From IMG/VR virus record IMGVR_UViG_3300025101_000005, positions 1 to 55,708 of that record: a DNA stretch of 55,708 bases, one strand, 5' to 3'. Of the stretch, positions 45,661 to 54,332 are shown piece by piece. A program made the position numbers and the translations under genes. The notes under the pieces were generated by a model. That model made no database searches and was not told the DNA's origin. It saw nothing but the letters and a program-made list of their open reading frames with translations. Every line of letters begins with the position of its first letter. Within the stretch, counting starts at the first letter, position 1. Source of the DNA: a virus (taxonomy: Duplodnaviria; Caudoviricetes).

Positions 45661-45977
45661 TTTGCCACGAATGTGGAGGCTCTACAAAAGTATTAGACAG
45701 TCGTTCCAAAGACGGAAGCATAAGACGCAAGAGAACATGCACGAATTGCAGTACGAGTTTCTGGACATTGGAAGTATTAGAGACCTCCTTGCACACAGAG
45801 AAAGACTGTACGTCAGAGAAGAACGTTTCTCAGACGAAAAGAAAAGTGACCCCAAAAATCTCCCAGGAAAAACTAAATAACACATCTTACATGTTCGACG
45901 TCGACAGCTTGTCAGACGAAGAGCTAGAAAAACAAGTCATGTCTGGCAATGTAAGGTTTGACGAAGACGAACTATAG
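45657..45977 (+). CDS. NrdR-N / Ogr-Delta-like zinc-ribbon protein
   Basis: CHECGGSTKVLDSR....IRRKRTC..C...F.T.E matches the NrdR zinc ribbon; no ATP cone; acidic tail. Confidence 0.75.
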   Translation: MICHECGGSTKVLDSRSKDGSIRRKRTCTNCSTSFWTLEVLETSLHTEKDCTSEKNVSQTKRKVTPKISQEKLNNTSYMFDVDSLSDEELEKQVMSGNVRFDEDEL

Positions 45978-46007
45978 GACGACACTTGCTACTCCCCTAG
46001 TTATTTT
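45977..46007 (+). promoter_or_regulatory. phage late promoter motif GGACGAC-N18-TATTTT
   Basis: Overlaps the last base of the upstream TAG; consensus spacing. Confidence 0.7.
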
Positions 46008-46032
46008 ATAAGAGGGTGTTAAGGAGGGCAAG

Positions 46033-46485
46033 GTGGAACCAATTACTATGGCAGTCGCAGCTTTTAACGGAATAAAAGCGGGCGTGGCTGCTGGAAAAGA
46101 AATCTCGTCTTTGGCTAAAGACATCGGAAAAATGTTTGATGCCATTGATAACGTCAAACAAGAGCATAATAATGAAAAGGGAAAACCCTTTCAGTCTGCT
46201 AACGAAGAAGCATTACAAACTTTTATTAATAAGAAGCAAGCAGAAGACCTTGAAGACAACTTACGTCAAATAGTTATTGCAACTAGAGGCCCATCTGCAT
46301 GGCAAGAACTAATACGTATGCGTGTCGAAGTCAGAAAACGTAGGCAAGAAGAAGAAGAAGCTAAACGAAGACGACGACGAGAAATATTAGAACTTATTGG
46401 TACTTGGTTCGCAGTCATACTCGCAGTCGTCGTCGTTGGTGGTATCGCAATCTTAGGATTAGCTAAATATCTAGGCAGAATCTAA
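46033..46485 (+). CDS. coiled-coil protein with C-terminal TM helix
   Basis: AAGGAGG RBS, GTG start, hydrophobic C-terminus. Confidence 0.75.
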   Translation: MEPITMAVAAFNGIKAGVAAGKEISSLAKDIGKMFDAIDNVKQEHNNEKGKPFQSANEEALQTFINKKQAEDLEDNLRQIVIATRGPSAWQELIRMRVEVRKRRQEEEEAKRRRRREILELIGTWFAVILAVVVVGGIAILGLAKYLGRI

Positions 46486-46695
46486 TAAGATTACAGCCCA
46501 ATACTGTAGATATTGAGGGGCTTTTGGCCCCTCAATATAATTGCGTCCATCTTTTTCAATGAACCCAATGTAAAGTAATGTGCGCAGATAACGTGAGACA
46601 CTATGTTGTGTCACACCTATGGCGTCAGCTATCTCCTTTTGCTGATTCACTGGTGTCGTCGACTGGCGGAGGTGCTTTAGAATTTTCACTGCCAT
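46471..46695 (-). CDS. winged-HTH protein (IclR/MarR-like)
   Basis: KIL..L......QKEIADAIGVTQHSVSRYLRTL...GFIEK; start uncertain (46695 or 46725). Confidence 0.7.
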   Translation of the reverse strand: MAVKILKHLRQSTTPVNQQKEIADAIGVTQHSVSRYLRTLLYIGFIEKDGRNYIEGPKAPQYLQYWAVILLDSA

Positions 46696-46933
46696 CACTT
46701 TCTGGTTGTGCGTTAGTCGGTGCATCTTTGTCCTCTACTCTGTTAATCGTTGCAAATAACCATCGTGTATTCAGTATAGAATTTTTCATAAAGTCTATGA
46801 CTGTCATTGCTCCGTCTTTGTTGAAAACATTTTGCGTAAACGTCATCTCCAGACCAACGAACTGGTCGTCGTTCTTTACCATCCAAACGTCTGCGACCTT
46901 CACAAACTCTGGCTGTTTAGTTTCTTCTTCCAT
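46625..46933 (-). CDS. hypothetical protein
   Basis: AAGGAG RBS inside the integrase end; start MEEETKQ. Confidence 0.65.
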   Translation of the reverse strand: MEEETKQPEFVKVADVWMVKNDDQFVGLEMTFTQNVFNKDGAMTVIDFMKNSILNTRWLFATINRVEDKDAPTNAQPESDGSENSKAPPPVDDTSESAKGDS

Positions 46934-46934
46934 G

Positions 46935-47921
46935 TTACTCTCCTTCAAGTAAGTTGATTGTTGTTTCTAAATGTGTCGGTGCGAGATGCGAATACCTCAT
47001 CACCATTGCTAGAGACGAATGTCCAAGCAAGTCTGCAACCGCTCGAAGAGATGCCCCCTTTTGCACCAAGTGACTAGCGAACGTGTGCCTACAATCATGT
47101 GGTGTAAAATCTTTTATGCCAGCAACGTTGCAAGCGTTGTAAAAGCTGTCGTAAAACTTAGACCTCACCCACTGGCTTCCGTCTGGCTGAGTGAAAACGA
47201 AATCGTCGTCGTCGTCGACTGTCAGAACTTTAGATACTCTGGCCCCCAGCGGAACAGCTCGAACCTTTTTTCGTTTCGTCTTGCCTTTTTTGCTGGTGAA
47301 TAATGCCGAGCCCCTGTGAATATCCTGTGGACAAAGTGCGAAAGCCTCGCCAATCCTCGCCCCCGTATAGAATAAAAAGGTTACGACGTCTTTGATTGTG
47401 CTATCGCAACAGTCAATCAGATGGTCTCGCTCGGTCTCGGTCAACCAACGCAAGCGACTATCATCCACGTTCGGACGTACAATATTTATGCTTGGCACAT
47501 CCCACCCCATACTCTCTGCATGCGATAGCATGGCTTTGATACTGTTCAACTCTCTCGCCACAGTGTTTGGCTTGTTCCCTCGGCTTGTAACGTGGCTCAT
47601 AATTTGCTCCAACGTCAACGCATGCAATGGAACATGTCCAAGTGCAGACGAAAAAAGTCGCATGATTGTTTGGTCGGTAGTCCCAGGTGAACTTGGTCGT
47701 CCCAGGAAAGCATCCGCTGCGTCAGCTGCAAGACGTCTTGATTTCGTCTTGACCTCTCCCGCTGCGACGGCAGCATAAGTTTTTGTGAGTTCGTCTTTGG
47801 CTTTTGATTTCTGGCTCTTGTGAAGGCCCGTGGATTTCCGTACTCGGATGGGTCTTCCGTCTTGTATGACAGTGCCAGTTATCTGCCATACGTCTTTGCG
47901 TAAAGTTAAGTTAAGTGTCAT
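46935..47921 (-). CDS. int: tyrosine recombinase / integrase
   Basis: TGARIGE (R), SKKGK (K), HDCRH, LGHS and RY.H catalytic motifs; N-terminal arm-binding-like W.I.G......RVRKSTG. Confidence 0.9.
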   Translation of the reverse strand: MTLNLTLRKDVWQITGTVIQDGRPIRVRKSTGLHKSQKSKAKDELTKTYAAVAAGEVKTKSRRLAADAADAFLGRPSSPGTTDQTIMRLFSSALGHVPLHALTLEQIMSHVTSRGNKPNTVARELNSIKAMLSHAESMGWDVPSINIVRPNVDDSRLRWLTETERDHLIDCCDSTIKDVVTFLFYTGARIGEAFALCPQDIHRGSALFTSKKGKTKRKKVRAVPLGARVSKVLTVDDDDDFVFTQPDGSQWVRSKFYDSFYNACNVAGIKDFTPHDCRHTFASHLVQKGASLRAVADLLGHSSLAMVMRYSHLAPTHLETTINLLEGE

Positions 47922-47928
47922 GTTGTAC

Positions 47929-47980
47929 TCCCTTGTATAACCCTCACACTATAATATAGTATAACAGATTATACAAGGGA
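47929..47980. promoter_or_regulatory. 12-bp inverted repeat enclosing overlapping opposite-strand sigma70-like promoters
   Basis: TCCCTTGTATAA (47929-47940) / TTATACAAGGGA (47969-47980). Minus strand TTGTAT-N17-TATAGT; plus strand TTGTAT-N16-TATAGT. Confidence 0.7.
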
Positions 47981-47990
47981 ATAAGTTTGG

Positions 47991-48137
47991 TCACTTCTTG
48001 AACCACTTGCAGTAAGGGCATTTGATTATCTCATGCCAAGTTTGTTTCAAGGCTTGCTTGAAATGATTGTTCACGTGATATTCTTTTATCACGCCCTTAC
48101 CTTTACAGAATGTGCAGACGTTCTTCTTCTTACGCAT
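47991..48137 (-). CDS. 48-aa zinc-finger microprotein (not in ORF track)
   Basis: MRKKKNVCTFCKGKGVIKEYHVNNHFKQALKQTWHEIIKCPYCKWFKK; CxxCxGxG...CxxC; overlaps the upstream stop. Confidence 0.65.
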   Translation of the reverse strand: MRKKKNVCTFCKGKGVIKEYHVNNHFKQALKQTWHEIIKCPYCKWFKK

Positions 48138-48393
48138 CTGCTGGAAGTTCTGCTGTTGGCAATTTGTTGAAGTCTTCCACGTCCATGTCTAGCCAAAAGC
48201 TAGCATCTCCATACGATACTTGCGCACGTATCTCGGTATCATTGTGAATGAAAGACATGCCGATGGGGTACTTGACCCCATCTTTCAGCATCTTGTAACC
48301 TTTCTCGTATATAGAGCGGTTCTTCTTCAGCCTCACGGCTTTGTTGTTGAGACGCACGATGTCGTCTTTAGTCATGTATGTAACTTTTGTCAT
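48130..48393 (-). CDS. hypothetical early protein
   Basis: AGGAGG RBS; H...E.R......WLDM..EDFN.LP. Confidence 0.75.
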   Translation of the reverse strand: MTKVTYMTKDDIVRLNNKAVRLKKNRSIYEKGYKMLKDGVKYPIGMSFIHNDTEIRAQVSYGDASFWLDMDVEDFNKLPTAELPADA

Positions 48394-48402
48394 GTAATCC
48401 TC

Positions 48403-48870
48403 CTATGTTAGACGTTTAGTTACCTCGGCGTGTACGTCTCCGTACACTGCCGAATCCACAATCAGGGATACACCCTCGATTGTCTTCGTGTCAGAACCCA
48501 CAGTGACGTCTACACTCGAACCATCTTTACGTTCGCACAAGTAGTAATACTTTGGGTTCTTGCATCCAATCATGCACAAAGCACCAGTGCCAAGGTCTTT
48601 CTCGACGTCATTGACCCAACCACCCACGATGGAAAAGATACCTTTCTTGCTTGGGTCAATGCTATCAACTGCCTTAATCCAAAACGGACGAAAGTTACCT
48701 CGACCCTTCTTCTTTGGCTTGGACGTAGAGCCACCGACCATTGAATCCATATCGGATTCGGTCAGCACTCCATCATCCACCACACGCTTACCAATCGCAG
48801 TAATCAGTTCACGTTTCTCGTCTGTACTCATGGCTGAGTACAGTTCCATGATTGTCTCAATAAGTTTCAT
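48403..48870 (-). CDS. hypothetical early protein
   Basis: GGAGGA RBS before MKLIETI. Confidence 0.75.
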   Translation of the reverse strand: MKLIETIMELYSAMSTDEKRELITAIGKRVVDDGVLTESDMDSMVGGSTSKPKKKGRGNFRPFWIKAVDSIDPSKKGIFSIVGGWVNDVEKDLGTGALCMIGCKNPKYYYLCERKDGSSVDVTVGSDTKTIEGVSLIVDSAVYGDVHAEVTKRLT

Positions 48871-49042
48871 TGTCTTCCTCCTCCCACTTCTTGAGCATGT
48901 CCTCTGCAACTGCTCGATACAGAGAACCTTTCTTCTTTTCGATATGTTTCAACGCTTGCTCGTTGGTCATGCCGTAATCGTTAAGGCATACAGCCAACAT
49001 GCTATCCACTTCGGGTGCTACACTGTTTGCTATCTTACTCAT
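48857..49042 (-). CDS. hypothetical early protein
   Basis: Start MSKIANS; overlaps both neighbours. Confidence 0.6.
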   Translation of the reverse strand: MSKIANSVAPEVDSMLAVCLNDYGMTNEQALKHIEKKKGSLYRAVAEDMLKKWEEEDNETY

Positions 49043-49550
49043 GCTTTGCCCCCACTTTGAAAGAGATGTCACAATACTCGCCAGTCTCTTCGTCTAGGTA
49101 GTAGAAGTCTTTGGCTAGCATGTTGGCAATCTTCTGCCTCACGAGGTTCGGTGCTTGCGAGCCCTTGTAAATGAACCCACCACCTTCGACTACGTCTGCG
49201 ACGTATCGAGAGACAACACCAACAATTTCTCGCCAGTCGTTCGGGTCATAGAACGCTTTGCCACCATCACACTTGGGTGCTTTTCTCATTTCGAGAAGTG
49301 CTTGCTCCACCTTTGGCTTTGAGTAAGACGAGGGTGTCTTCGCAACTGGGTTCTGAGCCTCCCATGCTGACTTGGTTGTCGCCCTCGTATACACAGTCGT
49401 CTTGCGTGTAGACTTCTTCTTCGCCTTGGCTTTGGTTTTGCCACCAACAAACTCTGCGATGTCATCCTCAATGACCAATGGCTTTTCTTCTTGCAAGCCG
49501 TAGTCGGCAAGCTTTTTATCAACGATTGTTTTCTTTATGTCTGAACTCAT
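49035..49550 (-). CDS. hypothetical early protein with basic linker
   Basis: GGAGGT RBS; KTKAKAKKKSTRK segment. Confidence 0.7.
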   Translation of the reverse strand: MSSDIKKTIVDKKLADYGLQEEKPLVIEDDIAEFVGGKTKAKAKKKSTRKTTVYTRATTKSAWEAQNPVAKTPSSYSKPKVEQALLEMRKAPKCDGGKAFYDPNDWREIVGVVSRYVADVVEGGGFIYKGSQAPNLVRQKIANMLAKDFYYLDEETGEYCDISFKVGAKHE

Positions 49551-49725
49551 AGTCCACCTCCATACATATTAGTTTGATTGCATTGTAATTCGTTGACCTC
49601 ACATGTTGGTCAACAACTCTATGGGCAACCTCTAACCAAAACTTGGTATGCCAACCACGTTTCGGAAAGAGGCTGAACCATTCCGTACGTACCACTGTGG
49701 TACGTTTCCGTTTACCTCGACGCAT
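49519..49725 (-). CDS. hypothetical early protein
   Basis: Fills the gap between the vWA gene and 49550; start uncertain. Confidence 0.45.
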   Translation of the reverse strand: MRRGKRKRTTVVRTEWFSLFPKRGWHTKFWLEVAHRVVDQHVRSTNYNAIKLICMEVDYEFRHKENNR

Positions 49726-51661
49726 TGAGCAATAGAGAATTGTCAACAACAAACCTCTCTCCCAATAGGATACGTGCAAGGTTATCCATGCCAGCATGTG
49801 CAAGCGTCTCCACCGAATCCACAACTGTGTACTTCGGATAATATCTCTTCACACTGTCTGTCTGAATACCGATGCCAAGACATTCAATGTCTTCGGCAAC
49901 CAACTGATTGATAGCATCTCGGCAATGTTGGTCGAGGGCTCTTGAATCGCCACTCGCACAAGGCATGCCGTCTGACAAGACGAACATAATCTTGCGACGC
50001 TCACTCCTTGGCTTGAGTCTGTCTCTTGCATACAGGATTGCCTCGCCGTCTGAATTGTTGCCACCCGCCATGTCTGCGATAGTACCGAGCGAACCCTTTG
50101 CCTCGTACAGACGTTCTTCAAATGCCTTGAAGATGTACATGTCCAAGGGCTCGTATCTGCTGAAACTACCAGTGCTTTCGGCTCTGATGGAATGACGAGT
50201 ACCACTCTTGTGACTGGTTCGATTGTTGAAACCCAACACCTCGTACTTGATAGATGTTCGGTCAATCGCCTCAATCATGGCAATGGCACACTGCATAGCA
50301 ACGTAGGCTCTGTGGCTTGCCATCGAACCCGATAGGTCAATCAAGAACGTGACGGCAGTATCCAAGTCTTGTCTCTCGGTACGTATCTTGAACACGTTGG
50401 GCTTGCTGTTGTATGCACCAACAAAACGTCTGCTATCGAGACGACCTTGCTCCTTGGCATAATCCCAATCTCGGTTCTCACGAGCAAGCAAGGCACGCTC
50501 AAGCTTTCGTCGCATGACATTGACGTCGCCAGCCATGCCAGCAACTTGCTTGTCATACTCGTCTGCCGTACCTCGTGCCATCCATCTGCCAAGTGTCTGA
50601 CGTGAGCCATACTTACTTGGCTCGTCAAGTCTGTGATGCCACTTGTCACTGGCAGTAGACAACGGACGATAAGAACCACGACCACCCTTGAGCAACTCGG
50701 TTGTCTTGCGTAGTTCTTTGACCACACAATCCTTGACGTCGAATTGTTCGTAGACTTCTACGTCTTCGGACTCTTCGGGTTTCGCCTCCGAGGTAGCATC
50801 ACCACGTTCTCCGCCTCCATACTCGTTGCCGTGTTTGTGTCCGTCGTCTGGTTCGCTTTTCTCTCCACCACTCGAAGGGTCGTCGCCTTTGCTCCCATCT
50901 CCGTCAGACCCCTCATCAGAAGACCCATCGCCTTTCTCCTCTGTTGGGGCTCCACCATCATCTCCACTCGTAGGTTTATCCCCTTTCTTAGTTCCACCAT
51001 TAGGGTTATCAGTTTCTTCATTGGCATCTGCCTCCTCTCGTAGTTCACGTTCGATGGTTCGTGCAAGGTCAACAATGTCCTTGCTGTTTCTGCATGCGTC
51101 GATAGCCTTGACCCACACTGGCAACTTCTTGCGAAGATTGTCACTGCATACGTCAAGACATTCGCCACAAGTCTCGCCACCATATCCCTTGCGACCTTCC
51201 CAAGTGATGGCAACTGGTGCGAGGAATCTGTCGTCTTTCAATCGCTTGTCCGTCTTGGATACGTTGTCAAGGAACTCTCGATTGACCGCAGACGTAGTGG
51301 CTCGCAAGTTTTTCTCACTCCCAGGGTAATCACGCATGACTCGTCTCTCCAACCATACGTCTTCGAGACCATTGGCTAGTGACTTGAGCAGTGTGTTGTT
51401 CTCTCTCGCACACTCATTGAAGAATGAACGAAGAGCCTTGAAGTTCGTGTGCTTGACGTGACCACTCTCATGGTCAACGTAGCCACGAATTATCTCGGCA
51501 GTGGCATCATCAACCTCTGCATTGTGGTCAATAGACGGCAGATAGATGGTCGAACCATCCGTCGCCGCTCCGTCGCCTTGGAACACGACGGATACGTCTT
51601 GCTTTCTACCGAATACGGATGAGGTCTTTTGAACCTCGTGTGTGAATAAATCTCCTCTCAT
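49712..51661 (-). CDS. CobT-like vWA protein with N-terminal HExxH
   Basis: GGAGGT RBS; DHESGH and NGLED, acidic G/D/E linker, GRLD, MIDAS DLSGSM and VLSDG. Confidence 0.85.
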   Translation of the reverse strand: MRGDLFTHEVQKTSSVFGRKQDVSVVFQGDGAATDGSTIYLPSIDHNAEVDDATAEIIRGYVDHESGHVKHTNFKALRSFFNECARENNTLLKSLANGLEDVWLERRVMRDYPGSEKNLRATTSAVNREFLDNVSKTDKRLKDDRFLAPVAITWEGRKGYGGETCGECLDVCSDNLRKKLPVWVKAIDACRNSKDIVDLARTIERELREEADANEETDNPNGGTKKGDKPTSGDDGGAPTEEKGDGSSDEGSDGDGSKGDDPSSGGEKSEPDDGHKHGNEYGGGERGDATSEAKPEESEDVEVYEQFDVKDCVVKELRKTTELLKGGRGSYRPLSTASDKWHHRLDEPSKYGSRQTLGRWMARGTADEYDKQVAGMAGDVNVMRRKLERALLARENRDWDYAKEQGRLDSRRFVGAYNSKPNVFKIRTERQDLDTAVTFLIDLSGSMASHRAYVAMQCAIAMIEAIDRTSIKYEVLGFNNRTSHKSGTRHSIRAESTGSFSRYEPLDMYIFKAFEERLYEAKGSLGTIADMAGGNNSDGEAILYARDRLKPRSERRKIMFVLSDGMPCASGDSRALDQHCRDAINQLVAEDIECLGIGIQTDSVKRYYPKYTVVDSVETLAHAGMDNLARILLGERFVVDNSLLLNASR

Positions 51662-51671
51662 GTTTACCTCC

Positions 51672-53504
51672 CTAGTTGAAGATTCTGTCGACGATACCAT
51701 TCAACACGGCTCTGTCTTGAGCCGAGCATCTGTCGAGAACAACAGTCTCGATGGCTTGTCGCACACCAAGTTTGTTGTCTCCACTTGGCATCAGTGAAGT
51801 GAATGTGTGGATAGCATTGCCGAGAGCAATGTAACCACGTGGCGAAATGGGTTGCATGACCTTGGAAGTCGTGAACGCATTGATATGCTCGGTCACATAC
51901 TTGCTGACCTTGTTGACCATTGCTTTGTCCAAGCTTGGCACGGAAGACTTGATAAGTTCCTCACGTTGCTTTGCATCCATGTACTCGACGTGAATCCAAA
52001 CCTTGAATCGGTCAAGCAATGCCATGCTCTGTGGTCTTGCACCTTGGTACATGCCGAACTCGTCGCCTTGACCAACTGTGTTGCCAGTCGCAAACATACG
52101 GAACATTGCATGTGGCTTGACAAGACGACCACCATCCTCGGTAAGCAACAAGCCGTTGCCCTCGAAGGCTCTCTGCATCACGTAGGCAATGTCAGGTCTG
52201 ATGAAGTCCAACTCGTCAAAGCAACCAATCGTAGGACTTGCCATCATCTGTGGCAGTATGCCGTCCACGAACTTGGAAATCGTAGCCTCGCCGTCCTTGG
52301 TCAAGACGTCACGACCAACCAAGTCCATACGTGTAATCTCACTGTCAAAGTTGACACGTGAGAAGGGCCAACGCAGACGAGCAGCCACTTGCTCGATAAG
52401 TGTCGTCTTGCCCGAACCAGTGTGACCATGCAAGTAACAAGGTTGATTGGTAATCAACGCATACAGAACTCTGAACAAACTCATTGGTCTGAACACGTAG
52501 TTGGTGTCAATATCTGGCACGTGAGGATGGTCGCCATCCCATTCCCAACACGGAACGTCGAAGTCGAAACTGTCGAGACCCTTGCCAGTGATACCGAACA
52601 ACGCATGAGCCTTGGCAACCTTGACCTTGCCACTCGGAATAGTGCCGTCGCCTTTGACCTCGGAAGTCGTGGGAGCAACAATCGTGGCTGATGACTTGCG
52701 AAGACGAACAATGTCGTCACTCATCTTCTGCATGGTATCAATCATGTCCGAAATCTTGGGCAAGCCGTTGGATGTCAACGCAAGGTCAATCAATGCAGAC
52801 GCATCAGCGTTCGGTGCTTTCGGTATTGGCACGGCACTGTCCTCGTCTTTCTTCTGCGTGGCAAGGATGTGCTTGGTCAAAGCATTGCTTTTGCTCGTGT
52901 GGTCTGGTTCGGGTACGTCTGTGCGACTCTCAAGCAAGCTTGGCATTGGCTTGAGCCTCTCGGTGTCGCCGAAGATGTTGTGCAAAGCTTGCATTGCATC
53001 CTCGCTTGTCCATCCCTCGTTCACGACCAAGTCGTCGTGTACATTGCACAGTTCTTCGAGTCCATAGTCCTCGACGTTAGTGGATACTTCACTCATGGGT
53101 TCCTCCTCGGTTGTTGTAGTGAAAGCAGATAGTCGGCACTCTTCGTACGCTTTGTCGTCAAACGTACGTGGTCGTCCGAATATGTAGCCAGTTTTGGATT
53201 TGCTACTCGTGGTAGCATAGCCCTCGTGGTTTGGCTTACGGATAGCATCAAGCACTTGGCTTGGTGCAATTTTGCCGACAATGATGCCAACCATTGTCTC
53301 GACGTCTAGGCTGTCACGTAAACCAGTGTAGGTTGCTCGTGGGTTGATTTGTTCAACGCCATCTCCCACGATTGGGCTATCGTCGAAAGCAACTTGGATT
53401 GCCCCTTTCGACCATGTTTCGAGAAATGGAGTGACCAAGTCACGAACCATTTTTCGTCTTTCCGTGAAGTCTCCCTCACGAAGAGCGTCTTGAAGTGTCG
53501 TCAT
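51672..53504 (-). CDS. CobS/MoxR-like AAA+ ATPase with long N-terminal extension
   Basis: GHTGSGKT, DLVG, FVDG.L, FDELD, ATGNT.G, LLDRF and SPR motifs. Confidence 0.9.
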   Translation of the reverse strand: MTTLQDALREGDFTERRKMVRDLVTPFLETWSKGAIQVAFDDSPIVGDGVEQINPRATYTGLRDSLDVETMVGIIVGKIAPSQVLDAIRKPNHEGYATTSSKSKTGYIFGRPRTFDDKAYEECRLSAFTTTTEEEPMSEVSTNVEDYGLEELCNVHDDLVVNEGWTSEDAMQALHNIFGDTERLKPMPSLLESRTDVPEPDHTSKSNALTKHILATQKKDEDSAVPIPKAPNADASALIDLALTSNGLPKISDMIDTMQKMSDDIVRLRKSSATIVAPTTSEVKGDGTIPSGKVKVAKAHALFGITGKGLDSFDFDVPCWEWDGDHPHVPDIDTNYVFRPMSLFRVLYALITNQPCYLHGHTGSGKTTLIEQVAARLRWPFSRVNFDSEITRMDLVGRDVLTKDGEATISKFVDGILPQMMASPTIGCFDELDFIRPDIAYVMQRAFEGNGLLLTEDGGRLVKPHAMFRMFATGNTVGQGDEFGMYQGARPQSMALLDRFKVWIHVEYMDAKQREELIKSSVPSLDKAMVNKVSKYVTEHINAFTTSKVMQPISPRGYIALGNAIHTFTSLMPSGDNKLGVRQAIETVVLDRCSAQDRAVLNGIVDRIFN

Positions 53505-53531
53505 ATTTACCTCGTGTAATGTTAAAGTTGA

Positions 53532-53571
53532 AAGTAAAACGAGAGGCAGATTCCGAAGAATTTGCCCCTCG
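53532..53571 (-). terminator. cUUCGg hairpin with U-rich tail upstream of the AAA+ gene
   Basis: Minus strand CGAGGGGCAAATTC-TTCG-GAATCTGCCTCTCG followed by TTTTACTTT. Confidence 0.6.
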
Positions 53572-53573
53572 AT

Positions 53574-53599
53574 ATAAAAGTTCCTTTATAAACGCACGT
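53574..53599 (-). promoter_or_regulatory. early leader element ACGTGCG-N6-AAGGAACTTTTAT, copy 2
   Basis: Same 7-nt and 13-nt blocks and spacing as 55324-55349. Confidence 0.65.
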
Positions 53600-53660
53600 C
53601 GTGTATAGAAGATTGTCATGTCGTATGTATAACACGTTAGACAACAACTGACAACTCCCT

Positions 53661-54323
53661 TCATGCCTTCAACCATTCGAGCATGGTTTTTCGTGAACTT
53701 ATCTCGTTCTCGTTGAACTTAACGCACCCCCACTCGCCGTGCTTTTTCTCAATTTTGCCGTCTTCGTCGAGTAGGTTTCCGTGTTCGTCTATGCGTTCGT
53801 CGTCTAGCATGCTTTGGAACAGATACTCGCCGACTTGCTCCAATGCCCACTCTGGCATTGTTCCGTCCTCGAACGATTCTTGCATGCCGATACATGTGTC
53901 TGTGCCGTCTTCGTAGAAACCAACGAAGTCACAACCACCCTCTTCGTACTCGGCTGATACAGTCCAACCGAGTTCGTGTGCTTTGTCGTACACTCCGATT
54001 GGTGGGCTCCACGCAGAATCGAAGTTGAATTGGATGCCGTTCTCGTCTGCGTTCTCTTCCCAATCGCACTCTTCGAGGTTGACTTCCCACTTCGTACCCC
54101 AGTTCTGCACTCGCCAATCCCACCAAGCGACGTCCATCTTCACTGGCTCGTTGTTGCCTGTGATGTGAGGGAACGTCGGCTTGACTTCGATTGTGCCGTC
54201 GTAGTTGGGTTCGGGCAGAAAATGTGCGAGGAAGTTGCCCTTTTGCATGTCCTCGACTAACGCCTTGACTTTCGACTTGTCGTCGTGGGTAAGGCTTACC
54301 CAGTTGCTACACCAGTTTGGCAT
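53661..54323 (-). CDS. DUF1281 / YubB ferredoxin-like domain protein
   Basis: MPNWC.N start, W.V.NWGTKW, F.SAWSPP, Y.E.G..F.G motifs. Confidence 0.85.
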   Translation of the reverse strand: MPNWCSNWVSLTHDDKSKVKALVEDMQKGNFLAHFLPEPNYDGTIEVKPTFPHITGNNEPVKMDVAWWDWRVQNWGTKWEVNLEECDWEENADENGIQFNFDSAWSPPIGVYDKAHELGWTVSAEYEEGGCDFVGFYEDGTDTCIGMQESFEDGTMPEWALEQVGEYLFQSMLDDERIDEHGNLLDEDGKIEKKHGEWGCVKFNENEISSRKTMLEWLKA

Positions 54324-54332
54324 GTTGACCTC

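Noticed and set aside
45657-45977. Full nrdR repressor
   Set aside because: Only the zinc ribbon is present and the ATP-cone domain is missing, so no gene symbol was assigned.
49712-53504. cobS/cobT as cobalamin-biosynthesis auxiliary metabolic genes
   Set aside because: No cobN or other cob genes, and extra domains are present. A generic MoxR AAA+/vWA pair is the safer call.
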